Of a stretch of DNA of 64,000 nt, positions 61,041 to 64,000 are shown piece after piece (position 1 is the stretch's first letter; every line of letters begins with the position of its first letter). Both the position numbers and the translations under genes were made by a program. The notes below the pieces were generated by a model. It searched no databases. It was not told the DNA's origin and saw only the letters and a program-made list of their open reading frames with translations. This DNA comes from Chiloscyllium plagiosum (Eukaryota): the NCBI RefSeq assembly GCF_004010195.1, contig NC_057718.1, positions 97,823,300-97,887,299 of the forward strand, read 5' to 3'.

Positions 61041-62159
61041 AATGTAAAAGGAGACCTGGACGACTCGACTGTCAATGTCACTGAAATAGTGGCAACCAGA
61101 AATTGGATGTTTGACTAGATGCTGGGATTCCTTAAGCATTGTTACCAGGTTACATGAAGGAACCCAAGGGATGGATTGAAAGCTCATTCCACTTTTGCTC
61201 CCCAGATGTTTGGACATTTCCTAATCAGATTCCAGTTGATACAATGTGCAAGGTTACCACAGGGAGAGCTTTCCACACGATTACTAGATGTTACTGCGTG
61301 CGTTGCCGCACGTGGTCTGACAGTACAGGTCCTCCCCGATATTTCATGTGACTTTCATGGTTTCAGAAAATATGAAGTAGAGAAAAGAGTGATGGCTCTG
61401 TCTTTCTAAGGTCCGTGCTCCGCCACAAGAGTTGCACGTACTGTCGTGCATCGTAATCCCCTCTGGCTCCCCAGACAGATGGTGTTGTGATGCATTCAAA
61501 CTTTTTCACTCCTGTTGCCAATAGTCGGGACTTGGAGTCCAACTACATTTCATTTGCATTGCTAATGGCATACTGACTTGTGCAGCTTAATTTCTAGCAA
61601 AGTCTGAATAAATATTTAAATACCTTGGGCATAGTTTTCGCACTGAACTCCTGCTATTGACAGTTTATTGAAAGCCCATTGTTGGTTTAGCTGCGTTTTT
61701 GGATTGAATTCAATCTGAGCTAAAAGATGTAGCGTTACCTTAATTTTATCGACCAGAACCTTCCCTTGGGGAAACTAAACTGATTATTCCTTCAGTCATC
61801 TTCAACCTCTGGTTTCATAATTGTCTTTCATTGCTCACAGCTGAGAACTATTAAAAGTTTGCTGAAGTAACATAAGGTAATGTTTCCAATTACCCTACTG
61901 ATCCTAACCTTCAATGCCTCTCCTCAAGGATTTATTGCAGAAATTCTTCCTGATATGCTATAGGACCATTGCAGAAATGTTACTATTAATATGGACAAAT
62001 TTTATATAAATCGGCAAACCCTTGGGGGAGAAAGATTTTAAAATAAATTGTACATCGGGTAAACCAGAGATTGGGTGTAAAGGTTTTGTAACGGTGGTAT
62101 CAAAAGCAAGGAACTAATTAAAACATAACGTTGGCCTTATTTATCTGAATGTGTCAGAG

Positions 62160-62450
62160 AATCATAGAATCCTTACAGTGTGGAAAGAGGCCATTCGGCC
62201 CATTGAGTCTGCACCGACCCTCCAAAGAGCATCCCACCCAAACCCACTGAGACACCTGCCTGCCCTATCCCTGTAACCCTGCATTTCCCACGGCTAACCC
62301 ACTTACCCTACACACTGCTGGTCACTATGGGGCAATTTAACATGGCCAATCTACCCTAACCTGCACATCTTTGGACTGGAGGAGGAAACCGGAGCACCCG
62401 GTGGAAACCCACGCAGACACTGGGAGAACGTGCAAACTCCACACAAACAG
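62160..62450 (-). mobile_element. HE1-type SINE lacking the tRNA head
   Basis: Tail and body present. Confidence 0.85.
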
Positions 62451-62619
62451 TGTGGAGACGGTCAAATCTATCTAGTCAATTGAGTCATATTATAAATTAT
62501 TTCCAGTGACCCGTCTCACGTTAAAAAATGATCCAACTTGCTGTGTGGAATCTTTTGACATCTCAGCCTGGGAATCGTTTGAAATAATCGTTTGTGCGAA
62601 AGCGCGTAAACTATTTTCT

Positions 62620-63160
62620 TAATTTAGCTGACTGTACTCACCATTCACAACGCGGCTTCCTCTATATTGGAGAGGCCAGACACAGATTGGGTTACTACTT
62701 TACAAAACACATTGACATTTCTGTCCTCAGCTGACTGCACTGTTCCAGTGTGAGCTTCCGGAACAGCTTGGCTTAGACACTTTACAACTTTCTGAACTCA
62801 ACATTGAATTCAATCATTTTACCTGGAAAACACTGCCCCCATTTTTATTTTCTATTCTTCCACCTGCTTTTGACGCATCTTTTGTACCTATTCTGACCCC
62901 AATCTCTGTTCCCCTTTGTCCTCGAGATGTAGTGTTTCTGTTACTCCATCACCCCTGTTGCCCACCCTGTCATAGCCCTCACTTTATCCTTGGCGTGCCT
63001 GCTCATCCTCTTGCTGAAAATCCATTACGTTTCTAATGCTTCCCATTTTAAAAGGAAGGTCACATAGCAGAGACTTTGACTCTGTTTCTGTCCCCACCTA
63101 GCTGCTGCCATAATCCGCTGCTTTTTCAGGTTTCCAGCATCCTCCGTATTCTGCTTTCCT
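62620..63160 (+). mobile_element. Decayed Penelope-like element family 3 (GIY-YIG remnant plus pLTR)
   Basis: FLYIGEARHRLGYYFTKH (YIG motif) at ~62656, TLQLSELNIEFN at ~62778, family-3 type terminus at 63050-63160. Confidence 0.7.
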
Positions 63161-63829
63161 AGCACAGCGCTTGTGTATAGCTGAAAGGAAGGCACCATTT
63201 TGTCAAGGCTTTACTGCCTTTGCATACATCAGGAAATACTAAATCAAAAGGGTTGGGGGGGGGGAAGCCATCATTATACGTCATGGAAGGAGAATGAATC
63301 TGATTGATAGAGCCATTCACTCATTTATTTCTCAGAACTGACTTGGAAATATTACACTCAACCATCTTGACATAAAATTTAAATAAAACATGGCTGTTAA
63401 CTGTCTATCAGTATTAACAGGTACATTCTCTATGACAATGCCCCGACCAGTCAGTAGCATTGCCTTGTCTTGAAGCATATTCCACTTTTTGCATGTCCGT
63501 GTGTCTCACAAATGTTTACATTTCCAAATAGCATCTTTCACCCCTCCAGGACACCCCCCCAAAAAACTTGTAGCCAATTAAGTATTTTAACGTGCATACA
63601 GTTAATTTGTACATTGGAAGATCCCACTAGCAGCATCGGTGTACATGAGATTACTTTGTTTTGGTGATGTGGATGGAGACAGCAATATTAGGCATTGAAT
63701 TTTTAGTATCCCATCCTGATAAAGGGCTTTTGCCTGAAATGTCAATCTTCCTGCTCATTGGATTTTTAATGTCTCAATCATGAATCGGTGATTGATTTCT
63801 TAAACTATTATTCATTCATTGGATGAGCT

Positions 63830-63975
63830 TTGCTGATTAGCCCCAGCTCTAGTTGCCCTTGAGAAGGAATGGGGGAGCTGCCCTCTTGAACTGCTGAGGT
63901 CCATTTAGAGTAAATGCATCCACAATGCGGTTAGGAGAGGGTTGCAGGATTTTGACCTAGTGACACTGAATGAAC
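63830..63975 (-). mobile_element. LINE family B tail, followed by the start of an HE1 SINE at the window edge
   Basis: CTAGTTGCCCTTGAGAAGG...GAGCTGCCCTCTTGAACTGCTG; GGTGGCACAGTGACTCAGTGGT at 63979-64000. Confidence 0.7.
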
Positions 63976-64000
63976 AGGGGTGGCACAGTGACTCAGTGGT

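Overview
Repeat-dense vertebrate genomic DNA, inferred to be from a shark or other elasmobranch because it carries HE1-type tRNA-derived SINEs with (TAATC)n tails, CR1/HER1-type LINE 3' ends and Deu-domain SINEs. I find no intact protein-coding gene: the ORF track is dominated by decayed retroelement frames and low-complexity DNA. A CpG-rich promoter-like region at ~15.9-17.9 kb, two probable short + strand exons (23040-23127, 24753-24802) and several repeat-free AT-rich blocks suggest the 5' end and long first introns of a gene I cannot name. The most notable signal is a dense population of Penelope-like element (PLE) ends in at least three families. They carry minimal hammerhead-ribozyme motifs (CUGAnGA-stem-GAAA-palindrome) and mostly occur as ~160-300 bp fold-back cassettes flanked by 7-16 bp target-site duplications; three longer copies are attached to GIY-YIG endonuclease remnants. 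Four separate local templated duplications sit in or beside these cassettes. Family names come from motif recognition, not database searches, and the boundaries of old repeats are approximate.
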